Part shown: in pieces, positions 38,879-50,557 of the stretch
How positions within the stretch are numbered: the first letter of the stretch is position 1
How the letters are laid out: every line of letters starts with the position of its first letter
Origin: Nitrospirota bacterium
Lineage (GTDB): Bacteria > Nitrospirota > UBA9217
DNA: 64,000 nucleotides
Reading direction: 5' to 3'
Assembly (NCBI GenBank): GCA_963751455.1
Contig: CAVVUN010000015.1
Coordinates: forward strand, 1 to 64,000
Program-made: the position numbers and the translations under genes
Notes under the pieces: model-generated
The model's input: the letters and a program-made list of their open reading frames with translations, nothing else
Told to the model about the DNA's origin: nothing
Database searches by the model: none

Positions 38879-39321
38879 ATGGATATCAAAGTGCTGTCCA
38901 CAGCTCCGGTTGTAGAGATCGATGGAGTAAAATATCATCATCACCCAAACGGGGGGGCATGGTAGCCGAAAATGCCTGCGTTGACGAGAGCGTTTATGTC
39001 GGGCCTTTTGCGAAAATCTGCGGTCAATGCAAGCTGAGCGGTGAAGCGTTTGTTTTCGGGAATGCCTGGGTTTTTGATAATGCGGAGATTTCGGGCAGGG
39101 CTGAGATATTCGGAAATGCGAGGGTCTTCGGAAACGCCAAGGTCCAGGGAGATGCGAAGGTATACGGGTTTGCCGGGGTTTACGGAGACGCCGTTATCAG
39201 CGGATATGCCGAGGTAGCCGACAAAGCGCAGGTTGGCGGGAGCGCCCGGATTCTCGGCAATACCAGGATAGACGGCGAAGTGAAGATAGCCGGCGATTTC
39301 ATTATCGATAAGGCTGCCTGA
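38879..39321 (+). CDS. Hexapeptide-repeat (left-handed beta-helix) protein, frameshifted in a G7 tract
   Basis: GGAGG-ATG 38879 gives MDIKVL...YHHHPNGG. One extra G in 38951-38957 joins this to MVAENACVDESVYVGP and VFGNA/IFGNA repeats. Confidence 0.75.
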
Positions 39322-39344
39322 GCGGTTCAGCTTTTTAGAGTAAT

Positions 39345-39379
39345 AAAAAAAGGGGACGGATTTACTCCGTCCCCTTTTT
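39345..39379. terminator. Bidirectional intrinsic terminator
   Basis: AAAAAAAGGGGACGGA ttt ac TCCGTCCCCTTTTT between convergent genes. Confidence 0.85.
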
Positions 39380-39400
39380 GCGTCATTGTATTTTTAAAAC

Positions 39401-39835
<435 letters not shown>

Positions 39836-39851
39836 TCACCGGGGTAAAAGC

Positions 39852-40538
39852 CTAATGGTGGTCCCCTCCTCCGAGGTGCGCCTCTTCAATCGATCCGGAG
39901 AGGTAGAGCATCGTGAGAAGCGTAAAGACTCCCGCTTGGACAAAAGCGACCAGAACGCCCAGTCCAAGGATCGGGACAGGAGCGATGTACGGCGCGAGCA
40001 ACGCGAGCACAAGGAGAAGTTTATGCTTAGCCACCATGTTGCCGAAGAGACGAAACGTGAGCGACATGACCCGGGCCAGATGACTGATGAGTTCAATGGG
40101 GAACATGAGGGGCGCAAGGAGCGGCATGGGTCCCATGAAATGCTTTATGTACCCGATGCCGTGTCGCTTGATGCCGATGTAGTGAGTTGCGGTGAACGAT
40201 ACCAGGGCAAGTGCAAGCGTGGTATTGATGTTTGCAGTCGGAGAATCAAAGCCCGGGAAAAGCCCCTGGAGGTTGCAGACGAGAATGAACAGAAACAGAG
40301 AGCCGATCAAGGTAAGGTAATGTTTGCCCTCGGGACCCATGATTTCCTCGACGAAGTTTTCGAGGCCGCCGACGATGACCTCAAAAAAGTTCTGGAAACC
40401 TGTAGGCGCGCTTTTCTTAAGCGTAAAACGCGCGACCAGAGAAAGGCCGATAAGGATGGCCATCGCGAGCCAGGAATAGGTGACATGCTCCGGTACGTTT
40501 GGTACATGTAAAAGCAGAGGTCCTTCTTTCATTCTCAT
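39852..40538 (-). CDS. atpB: ATP synthase F0 subunit a
   Basis: PTANIN, IELISHLARVMSLTFRLFGNM and VQAGVFTLL. Confidence 0.95.
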   Translation of the reverse strand: MRMKEGPLLLHVPNVPEHVTYSWLAMAILIGLSLVARFTLKKSAPTGFQNFFEVIVGGLENFVEEIMGPEGKHYLTLIGSLFLFILVCNLQGLFPGFDSPTANINTTLALALVSFTATHYIGIKRHGIGYIKHFMGPMPLLAPLMFPIELISHLARVMSLTFRLFGNMVAKHKLLLVLALLAPYIAPVPILGLGVLVAFVQAGVFTLLTMLYLSGSIEEAHLGGGDHH

Positions 40539-40730
40539 GCTCCTTATAGAACAGTGTTAACCCCAAAAAATTTACCGTAAGGCCTGTTTTTTGTCAAGAA
40601 AAAAGCCGAAGCCTGCCATAAAATTTACTAATGACGATATATGTGTTTCATAATGGATCGGACGGGTGCAGAAGGCTCTGTGCTGACTTCGGTATTGCGG
40701 GGGGTTGGCGTTTGCCGGAAAGGAGAAGAG

Positions 40731-41294
40731 CTATACCGTCATTATCTCCTTTTCCTTATGGACAAGCCCGTCATCTATTTTTTTGATATAAGCGTCAGTC
40801 AGTTTCTGAATCTCCTCTTGCAGCTTCTTGGTCTCGTCTTCAGAGACGTGCGCGGCTTTGTCCTTGCTCTTTTTCTTGATATCGTCATTGATGTCGCGCC
40901 GGATATTCCTGACTGCAACTCGACATTCTTCGGCAAGTTTTTTTGCATGTTTTACAAGTTGGTGTCTGCGCTCCTCATTCAATGCAGGGATGTTCAGTCG
41001 GATCAGTTTCCCGTCGTTTGTCGGTGTAATGCCGACATCGGACTTCAAAATCGCCTTTTCGATTTCCCCGAGCATCTTGGCTTCCCACGGCTGTATGGTT
41101 ATCTGACGAGGGTCAGGGATCGCCATATTGGCGACCTGATTGAGAGGTGTCGGAGTGCCGTAGAAGTCGACGGTTATGCCGTCGAGCATGGCCAGAGATG
41201 CCCTGCCCGTGCGTAATGACGCAAGCTCTTTTCTCAAAACGTCGAGCGCCTTGAGCATCTTGTCTTCGGCCTTCTTCTTCTGCTCATTAAGCAT
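40731..41294 (-). CDS. frr: Ribosome recycling factor
   Basis: [17 protein letters not shown] and [10 protein letters not shown]. Confidence 0.96.
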   Translation of the reverse strand: MLNEQKKKAEDKMLKALDVLRKELASLRTGRASLAMLDGITVDFYGTPTPLNQVANMAIPDPRQITIQPWEAKMLGEIEKAILKSDVGITPTNDGKLIRLNIPALNEERRHQLVKHAKKLAEECRVAVRNIRRDINDDIKKKSKDKAAHVSEDETKKLQEEIQKLTDAYIKKIDDGLVHKEKEIMTV

Positions 41295-42015
41295 TGGTCC
41301 CCCCCGTTACGAGTGTTCCTACCGTTTCGCCAAGAACAATACGTTTTATATTGCCGGAAGCGTTCAGATTGAACACGATGATGGGAAGATTGTTGTCCAT
41401 GCACAACGAGATTGCTGTCGCATCCATGACCCGAAGGCTCTTCTGCAGAACCTCGATATAGGTCAGGTGGTTGAATTTGGTCGCTGCTTTATCTTTCATC
41501 GGGTCTGCGCTGTAGACCCCGTCAACCTTCGTGGCCTTCATGATCACCTCGGCCCCGATTTCCATGGCCCGGAGGGCAGCGGCGGTGTCCGTGGTAAAAT
41601 AGGGGTTTCCGGTGCCGGCGGCGAAGATTACGACGCGCCCTTTCTCGAGGTGCCGCACAGCGCGGCGTCTGATATATGTTTCGGCCAGCTCGCGCATTTC
41701 GATTGCCGATTGTACGCGCGTGACCACTCCTTTGTTCTCGAGGATGTTCTGGAGGGCGAGGGCATTCAGGACCGTAGCCAGCATGCCCATATAATCGGCG
41801 CTCGCCCGCTCCATACCCTTAGCGGCGGCAGAGAGGCCCCGGAAGATATTGCCTCCGCCGATGACGATCGCGACCTCAACACCCAGGTCGCAGATTTCCT
41901 TGACTTCCGATGTGATCGTATCGAGAACGGCATGGTCGATGCCGTATCCCTGCTCGCCCATGAGAGCTTCTCCGGAGAGCTTGAGCAGGATACGTTTATA
42001 TCGAGTTTGTGCCAT
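41287..42015 (-). CDS. pyrH: UMP kinase
   Basis: [17 protein letters not shown] and [11 protein letters not shown]. Confidence 0.97.
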   Translation of the reverse strand: MAQTRYKRILLKLSGEALMGEQGYGIDHAVLDTITSEVKEICDLGVEVAIVIGGGNIFRGLSAAAKGMERASADYMGMLATVLNALALQNILENKGVVTRVQSAIEMRELAETYIRRRAVRHLEKGRVVIFAAGTGNPYFTTDTAAALRAMEIGAEVIMKATKVDGVYSADPMKDKAATKFNHLTYIEVLQKSLRVMDATAISLCMDNNLPIIVFNLNASGNIKRIVLGETVGTLVTGGTNA

Positions 42016-42088
42016 GATTTCCCCAATTAGAGAAAACCGCTGTCGAATAAGGCCCAGCCGTTTTCGTCAAAAATCCGAGTGTTACACC

Positions 42089-42970
42089 TTATTTCAGCTG
42101 GGACGCCACTTCCTCGGCAAAATTTTCCTTCTTTTTTTCGATGCCTTCTCCGAGCTGGAAGCGTACAAAGCGCTTAATTATGACGCCCCCTGTCTTTTTG
42201 ACAAAGTCTTTTATCTTGACCTTGCCGTCGGGGTCTTTGATGTAAACTTGGTCCATGAGACAGGTGTCCGTGTAAAACTTTTCCATTTTTCCTTCTACTA
42301 TTTTCCCGATGACGGCCACCGGTTTTCCTGATTCTTTCGCCTGGCCCTCATAGACCGTGCGTTCGCGCGCGATAACGTCGGCGGGAACCGTCTCACGGTT
42401 TAGATACTGAGGATTGGCCGCAGCGATGTGCATGGCCACGTCCTTTCCGACCTGCTCGTCGCCACCTGAGTAGTCGACCATAACGCCGATACGGTTGCCG
42501 TGCAGATATATGGCGATCCTGCCGCTGGTTTCATACCGTTCGAAGCGGCGTATCGCTATGTTTTCGCCGATCTTCTGGATAAGTCCCTGTCGTCTGGCTT
42601 CAACGTTTTCGCCGTTGAGCGATAATTGTGACAGCGCAGCCACATCGGCAGGCTTATGAGCATTCACCATATCTGCCAGGCTTCTTGAAAACTTTTGAAA
42701 CTCTTCGTTTTTGGAAACGAAATCCGTCTCGCTGTTTACCTCGATCAATACACTTGTTTTGGAGTCTTTATCCAGGGCGGAGGCAATTATGCCTTCGGCA
42801 GCCACGCGCGATGCCTTCTTCGCCGCAGCGGAGAGCCCCTTCTTTCGCAGGATATCGACTGCCTGTTCGAAATTGCCCCCGGCTTCCTCGAGCGCCTTTT
42901 TTGCCTCCATCATGCCGACGCCGGTTTTTTCGCGTAAATCCTTAACTGCTGTTGCAGATATGGTCGCCAT
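42089..42970 (-). CDS. tsf: Elongation factor Ts
   Basis: VKDLREKTGVGMMEAKKAL, EVNSETDFV and AMHIAA. Confidence 0.96.
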   Translation of the reverse strand: MATISATAVKDLREKTGVGMMEAKKALEEAGGNFEQAVDILRKKGLSAAAKKASRVAAEGIIASALDKDSKTSVLIEVNSETDFVSKNEEFQKFSRSLADMVNAHKPADVAALSQLSLNGENVEARRQGLIQKIGENIAIRRFERYETSGRIAIYLHGNRIGVMVDYSGGDEQVGKDVAMHIAAANPQYLNRETVPADVIARERTVYEGQAKESGKPVAVIGKIVEGKMEKFYTDTCLMDQVYIKDPDGKVKIKDFVKKTGGVIIKRFVRFQLGEGIEKKKENFAEEVASQLK

Positions 42971-43021
42971 CGTAAAAAAAACTCCCTTCAACGGTTCATT
43001 ATATAATATATAAATTCGTTC

Positions 43022-43822
43022 TTATTCTTCCTCACCCGCGACATCGGTTTCTGCCTCGGCAACTTCAACGGCCGGCTGCTCCGGCGCTTCGGCTCCGGTT
43101 GCCTTGGCTGCCTCTATTGTTTCGCCTGTTTCCTTGGCTATCGCCTGTCTGCCTTCAATAACAGCATCGGCAATTTTGGAAGCCATGAGGCGGATCGCGC
43201 GTATTGCATCGTCATTGCCCGGAATCACATAGTCGATATTGTCGGGATCGCAGTTCGTGTCCACGACAGCCACGACCTTGATGCCCAACTTGTTCGCTTC
43301 ATGCACGGCGATAGCTTCTTTCCGGGGGTCGATGATAAACACTACGGACGGCGGCTCTGCCATCGTCTTGATGCCTGACAATGTTTTTTCAAGTTTGGTC
43401 CGCTCTTTTTCCAGCCCAGCGACCTCTTTTTTCGTCAATTTTTCATAGGTGCCGTCTTCCTTCATTTTCTCGATTTTTTTCAGGCGATCAATGCTTTTTT
43501 TGATGGTCGTATAGTTTGTCAGCATGCCTCCGAGCCATCGGCTCGAGACATAATACATGCCGCATCTTTTTGCTTCCTCGGTTATCGAATCCTGAGCCTG
43601 TTTCTTGGTGCCTACGAACAAGACATCTTTACCCTGGGAAGCCGACGTGCGGACAAAATCATAGGCTTCCTTAAACAACTTGAGCGTTTTCTGGAGATCA
43701 ATGATGTAGATCCCGTTCCGTTCGCCGAAGATATACTTTTTCATCTTCGGGTTCCAACGCTTGGCCTGGTGGCCGAAATGAACTCCTGCTTCCAGTAACT
43801 CCTTCATCGTAATTGCGGACAT
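43022..43822 (-). CDS. rpsB: 30S ribosomal protein S2
   Basis: [24 protein letters not shown] and [10 protein letters not shown]. Confidence 0.98.
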   Translation of the reverse strand: MSAITMKELLEAGVHFGHQAKRWNPKMKKYIFGERNGIYIIDLQKTLKLFKEAYDFVRTSASQGKDVLFVGTKKQAQDSITEEAKRCGMYYVSSRWLGGMLTNYTTIKKSIDRLKKIEKMKEDGTYEKLTKKEVAGLEKERTKLEKTLSGIKTMAEPPSVVFIIDPRKEAIAVHEANKLGIKVVAVVDTNCDPDNIDYVIPGNDDAIRAIRLMASKIADAVIEGRQAIAKETGETIEAAKATGAEAPEQPAVEVAEAETDVAGEEE

Positions 43823-43825
43823 AAG

Positions 43826-43918
43826 TCCTCCTTTGGGTTTTTACCGCCGCGTCAATCTTTCCCCGCCAGATCCCGTCTGATACGGAACACCCCTGTCGAG
43901 AGTCCTGACGCGTGTGTA
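43826..43918 (-). promoter_or_regulatory. Probable S2 autoregulatory leader RNA
   Basis: Structured 5' UTR: CACACGCGTCA...GGGGTG...TGACGCG...AACCC, the rpsB-leader pattern. Confidence 0.55.
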
Positions 43919-44188
43919 ATTGTTGTCGCCGTAAAAAGGCGATCCTTAAAATAACATATGATTCTCTGTTTTTCAAGGAAAAATTTATCTTAATTTTGGT
44001 TTTTAAAAAGCCGGATATTTGCGCTTTTCGGTCATCAAAGGATCCTCGGACTGGAAACATACGGCTCCCCTTACTCAGACGGGGCAGCCTATCAGTTGAT
44101 TTCGCATTCCTAAAAAAGAGACCTTCATTTTCTCATCTCTGCAAAAAAACAATGTGTCATATTTAATAAAAATCAAAGACTTGCGTGA

Positions 44189-44204
44189 TGGCATTAAAGA
44201 TGCA
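44189..44204 (+). promoter_or_regulatory. Sigma54 -24/-12 promoter candidate
   Basis: TGGCAT-TAAAG-ATGCA with GG and GC at the canonical spacing. Confidence 0.55.
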
Positions 44205-44241
44205 ATCACTACTAAGCAGAAAGAGGAAAGGAGAAACAGCC

Positions 44242-44526
44242 ATGAAAAACTTATCGAGAAAAACAGCGTATATCGGTGCAGGCGCGGGACTGGTACTTTT
44301 CGCTGTCTTTGGACTTATGCCTGGAAGTCTTATAGGAGGCGCCATGGGCATAAATATAGCCGGATCTTTATTCGGTCTGCCGCTCGAGCCCGGTCTCATC
44401 TCCAGGGTCATCGTGTTAGTGTGCATGCTGATCGGTATTTTGGTTGCGGGGATTATGATTGTAACGGCCGCAACCACCGCCGGCTGGCTTATCGGCAAGC
44501 TGCTCAGAGTCAGGCACACATGCTAA
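44242..44526 (+). CDS. Small glycine-rich membrane protein
   Basis: AAGGAG RBS; hydrophobic Gly-rich helices; GLVLFAVFGLMPG. Confidence 0.75.
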   Translation: MKNLSRKTAYIGAGAGLVLFAVFGLMPGSLIGGAMGINIAGSLFGLPLEPGLISRVIVLVCMLIGILVAGIMIVTAATTAGWLIGKLLRVRHTC

Positions 44527-44616
44527 AGAAGGTGAAGAGGCTAAAACGGCCAACAGATAGCAAGAACAATAATCTCAGCATAGCTACTATAAAATAAGCT
44601 GCGAAAAGGAGATGCC

Positions 44617-44931
44617 ATGAAGAACGAGACGGTAAAAGCAGGAATGAAAATAGGGGCAACTATCGGAGGATTAGTGTTTCTCATACTGGGGATCGTACCG
44701 GGGTTCTATTTCGGGAGCTACGGAACCCTTATCCTGCTCCAGAAGCTTATGGGCGGCGCGGTTGAGCCGACATTGTTTGTTCGGGCAGCAGTAGTCATGG
44801 GAATTGCGGTCGGCATCGCATGTGCTGCCGCTGTAAGCATCGTAGTCGGCGGGCTGCTCGGCACAGTCATGGGCTACGTAATATCCGCCCCTGCGATACT
44901 TCGCGAAAAAAAGGCCGAGGTCAGAGCATGA
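44617..44931 (+). CDS. Small glycine-rich membrane protein, probable paralog of the preceding gene
   Basis: AAGGAG RBS; GLVFLILGIVPG; similar layout including (L/V)EP. Confidence 0.75.
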   Translation: MKNETVKAGMKIGATIGGLVFLILGIVPGFYFGSYGTLILLQKLMGGAVEPTLFVRAAVVMGIAVGIACAAAVSIVVGGLLGTVMGYVISAPAILREKKAEVRA

Positions 44932-44983
44932 TCCGAAACTGAAAACAGGATTTATAGACAATGGACCACGAAAACCATGAAAA

Positions 44984-45014
44984 GCAAAAAGCGGTGAGAA
45001 ATCACCGCTTTTTT
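44984..45014 (+). terminator. Intrinsic terminator
   Basis: AAAAAGCGGTGA gaaa TCACCGCTTTTTT. Confidence 0.85.
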
Positions 45015-45210
45015 GTTCTTTGTAAACCAGCCTTTGAGCCTGTACATTCATTGAACGTAATTCTTTAAAATTGAGTAAAGCAAGGCGTAAGTGTAAACTC
45101 ATTAAATGTGTATTTATTCAATAAAAATAAGAACCTGTTAAATAAAGATAATTTGCAGCAGAACTGTAGCAGTAACACAGCTCTTATTTTATATAGTATT
45201 ATAAAAATAC

Positions 45211-45239
45211 TTGACAAAGTTCATGAAATTGTTTATATT
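45211..45239 (+). promoter_or_regulatory. rplM promoter
   Basis: TTGACA-N17-TATATT. Confidence 0.7.
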
Positions 45240-45305
45240 CGCTATTCTTATTTACAGAGAACTGGACTTATTCTTTGACCAGAAAACAGCATAAGGCGGG
45301 TTTTT

Positions 45306-45737
45306 ATGAGAACGTATACGGCAAAAGAAGAAGATATTAAAAGGGGCTGGCATGTCGTTGATGCAAACGGGAAGACGCTCGGCAGGCTCGCGACAAGCGT
45401 CGCGTCCGTACTGAAAGGCAAGACCAAGCCGATCTACACCACGCACATAGATACGGGTGATTTTGTGATCGTTGTAAACGCCGACAAAGTTCATTTGACC
45501 GGAAGGAAACTCGATCAGAAAATGTACTACAGCCACTCCGGATATCCCGGGGGGCTCAAGTCGATAACGGCGGGCACGCTGCTGAAGTCAAAGCCCGAAG
45601 AGGTTGTGAAAAAGGCCGTGGAAGGCATGTTGCCGAAGACCCGGCTGGGGAAGCAGATGTTGAGCAAACTTAAGGTATATGCCGGAGAGCAGCACCCGCA
45701 TGCGGCGCAGCAGCCTGCAGAAATGAAGATTAAATAA
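45306..45737 (+). CDS. rplM: 50S ribosomal protein L13
   Basis: WHVVDA..LGRLA, DTGDFV and HSGYPGGLK. Confidence 0.97.
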   Translation: MRTYTAKEEDIKRGWHVVDANGKTLGRLATSVASVLKGKTKPIYTTHIDTGDFVIVVNADKVHLTGRKLDQKMYYSHSGYPGGLKSITAGTLLKSKPEEVVKKAVEGMLPKTRLGKQMLSKLKVYAGEQHPHAAQQPAEMKIK

Positions 45738-45769
45738 ATGACACGGCAGGAAAACCAAGGAGGCTTTTG

Positions 45770-46171
45770 ATGTCAGCGGCTACAGTTTCCAGATATTATG
45801 CGACGGGCAAGAGGAAAAACTCCATAGCAAGAGTGTGGATGATGCCCGGCAGCGGCAAGATAACGATTAATGACAAGCCCATGGACCGATATTTCGGCAG
45901 GGACGTCCTCAAGATGATTATCCGCCAGCCCTTTGAAATAACGAGCACGCAGGACAAGTTCGATGTGGTCGTGAGCGTTCTTGGCGGAGGCAACTCGGGT
46001 CAGGCAGGCGCCATCAGGCACGGCATCTCGAAAGCGCTCCTTGCGGTTAATGAGGAATCGCGCGGCAAGCTTCGGAAAGAGGGGCTTTTGACGCGCGACC
46101 CGAGGGCTAAAGAGCGCAAAAAGTACGGCCAAAAGGGCGCACGGGCAAGGTTCCAATTCTCGAAGAGATAA
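45770..46171 (+). CDS. rpsI: 30S ribosomal protein S9
   Basis: [19 protein letters not shown] and [16 protein letters not shown]. Confidence 0.97.
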   Translation: MSAATVSRYYATGKRKNSIARVWMMPGSGKITINDKPMDRYFGRDVLKMIIRQPFEITSTQDKFDVVVSVLGGGNSGQAGAIRHGISKALLAVNEESRGKLRKEGLLTRDPRAKERKKYGQKGARARFQFSKR

Positions 46172-46222
46172 GGGATCATATACCTATTATCTGTGTTCGA
46201 TTCCATTGCAGATCCTGTTAAG

Positions 46223-46257
46223 AAAAGGGAAGGTAGAAGATGCCTTCCCTTTTTTTT
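46223..46257 (+). terminator. Intrinsic terminator after rpsI
   Basis: AAAAGGGAAGGTA ... TGCCTTCCCTTTTTTTT. Confidence 0.8.
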
Positions 46258-46286
46258 GCTTTATGCGTTTAAATCAATACTACGCC

Positions 46287-47339
46287 ATGTCTTTTACCAA
46301 ACTGAAGATAGCAATCGTCGGCTCCAGCGGTTATGCCGGGGGCGAGCTTTTTAGAATTCTGCTCCAGCATTCAAGAGCAGCGGTAACCGTCGTGACATCC
46401 GAGAAGTCGGCGGGCAAAACGATAGCGTCTGTTTTCCCGCAACTGGCTGGGCTAACCGATCTGATCTGTGAACCGCTGAAACCTGAAATCATCGCCAGCA
46501 AAGCCGATTTTATTTTTCTCGCGCTTCCGCATGTTGCGGCGCAGGAAGCGGCGTTCCAATTTTTGAAACTCGGGAAAAAGGTGGTTGATCTTTCAGCCGA
46601 TTACCGGCTGGCCGATCCGGCTCTTTACGAGACGTGGTACGAACACTCTCACCAGTACCCCGAGCTTCTCAAGACGGCTGTTTATGGTCTGCCGGAACTG
46701 CATCGAAAGAACATACAAAAAGCCGTGCTCGTTGCTAATCCCGGGTGCTACCCGACCAGCGCGATTCTCGGGTTTGCCCCGCTCCTCAAGAGCGGAGTGA
46801 TCCTGCCGAAGACGATAGTAATTGATTCGAAATCGGGAGTTTCAGGCGCGGGCCGCAGTCCTTCACTGGCCCACCATTATCCCGAAGTGAATGAAGGGTT
46901 GATGGCGTACAAAGTCGGGACCCATCGACATACACCTGAAATAGAGCAGGAACTTTCCGCGCTGGCGGGGGAACCAGTTACCGTTTCCTTTACGCCCCAT
47001 CTAGTGCCTATGAACCGGGGAATTCTAACGACAATGTATTCAGACCTGAAAGTAAATATGACGACGGAAAAGCTCCATTCGCTGTACGAATCGTTTTACC
47101 GGTCTGAACCTTTCATAAGGCTGCTTCCAGCCGGTCATTTCCCGAACGTCGGAAATGTCCGGGGCTCAAATTTTTGCGACATCGGCGTGTATGCAGACGG
47201 GCGTACCGGCCGAGCAGTTGTTGTTACGGCAATCGATAACCTCGTAAAAGGAGCCGCCGGCCAGGCGGTACAGAATTTCAACCTGATGATGGGATTCGAC
47301 GAAACCGAAGCGCTCAAATTCGCAGGCCTGTTCCCGTAA
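46287..47339 (+). CDS. argC: N-acetyl-gamma-glutamyl-phosphate reductase
   Basis: [34 protein letters not shown] and [13 protein letters not shown]. Confidence 0.96.
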   Translation: MSFTKLKIAIVGSSGYAGGELFRILLQHSRAAVTVVTSEKSAGKTIASVFPQLAGLTDLICEPLKPEIIASKADFIFLALPHVAAQEAAFQFLKLGKKVVDLSADYRLADPALYETWYEHSHQYPELLKTAVYGLPELHRKNIQKAVLVANPGCYPTSAILGFAPLLKSGVILPKTIVIDSKSGVSGAGRSPSLAHHYPEVNEGLMAYKVGTHRHTPEIEQELSALAGEPVTVSFTPHLVPMNRGILTTMYSDLKVNMTTEKLHSLYESFYRSEPFIRLLPAGHFPNVGNVRGSNFCDIGVYADGRTGRAVVVTAIDNLVKGAAGQAVQNFNLMMGFDETEALKFAGLFP

Positions 47340-47366
47340 TCAATTTATGCTCACAGGGGTAAAAGG

Positions 47367-48572
47367 ATGAGGATACTCGATATAAAAAATTTCTCAGTGA
47401 CCGGTTTCAAAGTCTGGGGCATCCACAGCGGCGTGAAGAAAACTGAGAAAAAAGATTTGGCAATCATTTATTCCGATCGTGAAGCCACAATTGCTGGCGT
47501 CTTTACCAGGAACCGGGTAAAGGCGGCGAGCGTAGTTCTCGATTCGGCACGCGTTAAATCGGGCAAGGGGCAGGTGATTGTAGCAAACAGCGGTTGTGCG
47601 AACGCCTGTACCGGCAAACGCGGCATGGCTGACGCCCGGACCACCGCGGAGGTTGCCGCGCGTGAACTGGGAGTTAAGGCAGATCTCGTATACGTGGCTT
47701 CGACCGGTGTTATTGGTGAGTTTCTTCCGATGTCCAAATTATCGACCGGGATCATAACGGCAGTAGGACTCCTGTCTCAGACCGGATGGGAACAGGCGGC
47801 AGAAGCCATTATGACCACTGATATATATCCCAAAATTTCAGTGGTGCAGGAGGAGCTCGGAGGCAAAACCGTAACGATAGCAGGAATTGCAAAAGGTTCA
47901 GGCATGATCCATCCGAATATGGCGACAATGCTCTGCTTTATTGTTACCGATGCCAATATTTCAGCTCCTATGCTGAAGAAGGCGCTCGCCGATTCCACTG
48001 AAAATTCTTTCAACACCATCACCGTTGACGGCGATACCAGCACGAACGACATGATTCTCTGCATGGCCAATGGGGCTGCCGGAAACAAAAGGCCCGCTCT
48101 GGACAGTAAAGATCACAAAAAATTCCAAACATGCCTGAATGCAGTAACGAAGTCGCTTGCGAAGCAAATTGTGCGCGACGGCGAGGGAGCTACCAAATTC
48201 ATAGAAATAGAAGTTCGAAACGCCAAGGATCAGAGCGAGGCAAAACGTGCCGCTCTGACCGTTGCGAAATCGAGCCTCGTTAAGACGGCGCTGTTCGGGG
48301 AAGATGCAAACTGGGGAAGAATTATGGCAGCGCTCGGCTATTCCGGAGTGGAGATGGACGAAGCAAAAACGGATATTTCTTTTGGTAAAGTAAAAGTGGT
48401 CGAAAAAGGCCTCGGTTTGGGCAAAACAGCCGAACGGGACGCGAATATTATACTTAAACAACGTGAAGTGCAGATTATTATCGATCTGCATAAAGGCAAG
48501 GCAAATTCCGCGGTTTGGACCTGTGATCTTTCATGTGAATATGTTAAGATCAATGCGGTCTACAGAAGCTGA
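47367..48572 (+). CDS. argJ: Ornithine acetyltransferase
   Basis: NSGCANACTG, IMTTD, KGSGMIHPNMATML, VDGDTSTND and DGEGATK. Confidence 0.96.
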   Translation: MRILDIKNFSVTGFKVWGIHSGVKKTEKKDLAIIYSDREATIAGVFTRNRVKAASVVLDSARVKSGKGQVIVANSGCANACTGKRGMADARTTAEVAARELGVKADLVYVASTGVIGEFLPMSKLSTGIITAVGLLSQTGWEQAAEAIMTTDIYPKISVVQEELGGKTVTIAGIAKGSGMIHPNMATMLCFIVTDANISAPMLKKALADSTENSFNTITVDGDTSTNDMILCMANGAAGNKRPALDSKDHKKFQTCLNAVTKSLAKQIVRDGEGATKFIEIEVRNAKDQSEAKRAALTVAKSSLVKTALFGEDANWGRIMAALGYSGVEMDEAKTDISFGKVKVVEKGLGLGKTAERDANIILKQREVQIIIDLHKGKANSAVWTCDLSCEYVKINAVYRS

Positions 48573-48817
48573 TGTTCGAGCTTACCGCTTCGAGTTATCA
48601 AACTTCTCCGGAACGGCTTGAAAAATTTCGTTATATTTCTCTTGACAATCATCCGAGGACTTGTTAATTTAAATGATTATACTCCTTTTTGCTTCAAAAC
48701 ACTTTTTTTGTCGGTTTTATGATTAAGAAAAGGTTTTTTAAACAATAAGCTACAATATCTTTGATATTACTCATTTTTAATATATTGGTAAGATGCAGCG
48801 GGAGGGGGGTGTAGCGG

Positions 48818-49018
48818 TTGCCGAGTATCAGACTACGTGATAACGAGCCATTTGAGGTAGCACTCCGGAGATTCAAAAAGAGCATAGAAAAAGAAGGTGT
48901 GCTTTCAGAAGTAAAGAAAAGAGAGCACTATGAAAAGCCGAGTGTAAAACGCAAAAAAAAGGCTTTAGCAGCCAGAAAGAAGGCTGCTAAAACAGCCCGC
49001 ATTTATAGGCAGGGTTAG
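48818..49018 (+). CDS. rpsU: 30S ribosomal protein S21
   Basis: ALRRFKK and [12 protein letters not shown]; TTG start. Confidence 0.95.
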   Translation: MPSIRLRDNEPFEVALRRFKKSIEKEGVLSEVKKREHYEKPSVKRKKKALAARKKAAKTARIYRQG

Positions 49019-49046
49019 AGCTTTTTGAGATTGGAGAAAGGGTCGG

Positions 49047-49490
49047 ATGGGATTACGGGACAGGATTGATACAGAGACAAAAGAAGCCCTGAAGTCCGGC
49101 GCTAAAGAGAAACTTTCTACTTTGCGAATGTTGAGTGCCGCGTTAAAAAATAAACAAATCGACAAGCGGCGGCCCTTGACGGAAGAAGAGGTAATCGAGA
49201 CCGTTCGTTCGCTCATCAAGCAACGAAAAGATTCGATCGAGCAGTTTGCCAAGGGAGGCCGCCAGGACCTTGTTGAAAAGGAAACTGCCGAGGTCGTTGT
49301 ATTGGAGGCTTATCTGCCGCAGCAGCTGACCCGTGAAGAGCTCGAAGCAATGGTTCGAACCGCAATAGATCAGACAGGCGCCCAGGGCGCAAGAGACATG
49401 GGCAAAGTGATGAAGGCGCTCATCCCGATGCTCGGCGGAAGGGCGGATGGAAAGCTGGTAAGCGAACTGGTGAAAAATGCTTTGGGGTAA
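49047..49490 (+). CDS. GatB/YqeY domain protein
   Basis: KQRKDSIEQF, YLPQQL, DMGKVM and GRADG. Confidence 0.92.
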   Translation: MGLRDRIDTETKEALKSGAKEKLSTLRMLSAALKNKQIDKRRPLTEEEVIETVRSLIKQRKDSIEQFAKGGRQDLVEKETAEVVVLEAYLPQQLTREELEAMVRTAIDQTGAQGARDMGKVMKALIPMLGGRADGKLVSELVKNALG

Positions 49491-49539
49491 TCTGCCTGTT
49501 TCAGGTGTTTGTTTTTATGTTTTTGACCCAGGGACTGAA

Positions 49540-49575
49540 CAGGGGGCCATCGGTTGAAGGCCCCCTGATTTTTTT
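49540..49575 (+). terminator. Intrinsic terminator after yqeY
   Basis: CAGGGGGCC ... GGCCCCCTG followed by a T run. Confidence 0.75.
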
Positions 49576-49588
49576 CGGAGATTAGTTT

Positions 49589-50557
49589 TTGGATCTTCAG
49601 GAATTCTACGAAACAGCGATACAAATCGGCATTGACGCGGACCCGCGCGGGAGGCCGGCGATTGAAGCCGAACTCCGGGAAATTCAAAAACAATTCGAAG
49701 AATTAAAACAGGCCGATAAAGAAACGTTCGACACCGAGAAGCTCAAAAATCCGTATGCCGATAGCCGGCTTCTGTACGGCGATCCGGGTCTCAAGGTGAA
49801 GAGCGTGCTCGTTGGCATCGATATCGAGACGCCGGAGCTTCTGCTGGCCGACCGATTAAGGCAAAAGAATACAGAAATTGATCTGGTGCTCGCTCATCAT
49901 CCCGAAGGCAGGGCGTATGCAAATTTTTATGAAGTGATGAAGATGCAGGCAGACATCCTTTACCGGTTCGGGGTCCCGATCAATATCGCCGAAAATCAGT
50001 TGAGCGGAAGAATGAAGGAAGTGGAGCGAAGCCTGCTTCCCGCGAATCATACGAGACCGGTTGATGCCGCACGACTTCTGGACATCCCCTTTCTGTGTGT
50101 TCACACCCCGGCCGACAACCTGGTTTCGAATCATCTGCAGACGCTTTTCGAGCGCGAGGCTCCGTCCCGGCTGAAAGATGTGCTCAAGCTTCTGAAAAAG
50201 ATACCGGAGTATCAGGAGGCCGTAAAGAATAACGCCGGACCGAGAATTATCGCAGGCTCCGAGGATCAGCGGCCCGGCAGAATATTCGTGGACATGACGG
50301 GCGGCACATCGGGTTCAAAGGACACGCTTCAAAAACTTTCGAATTCCGGCGTTGGAACGATTGTCGCTATGCACATGTCCGAAGACCACCGGAAGGAAGC
50401 AGAAAAGCACCATATTCACGTCGTAATCGCGGGACATATTTCGAGCGACACGCTGGGTATTAACCTGCTATTGGACTCGCTTGAACGACGTGCGGCTTTT
50501 ACGGTTCTTGAGTGCTCCGGATTTAAAAGGATCAAACGCCGGAACGAAGATGCATGA
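49589..50557 (+). CDS. NIF3-like dinuclear metal-centre protein
   Basis: NPYADSR, GIDI, AHHPEG, HTPADN, DMTGGT and AGHISSD; TTG start. Confidence 0.82.
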   Translation: MDLQEFYETAIQIGIDADPRGRPAIEAELREIQKQFEELKQADKETFDTEKLKNPYADSRLLYGDPGLKVKSVLVGIDIETPELLLADRLRQKNTEIDLVLAHHPEGRAYANFYEVMKMQADILYRFGVPINIAENQLSGRMKEVERSLLPANHTRPVDAARLLDIPFLCVHTPADNLVSNHLQTLFEREAPSRLKDVLKLLKKIPEYQEAVKNNAGPRIIAGSEDQRPGRIFVDMTGGTSGSKDTLQKLSNSGVGTIVAMHMSEDHRKEAEKHHIHVVIAGHISSDTLGINLLLDSLERRAAFTVLECSGFKRIKRRNEDA

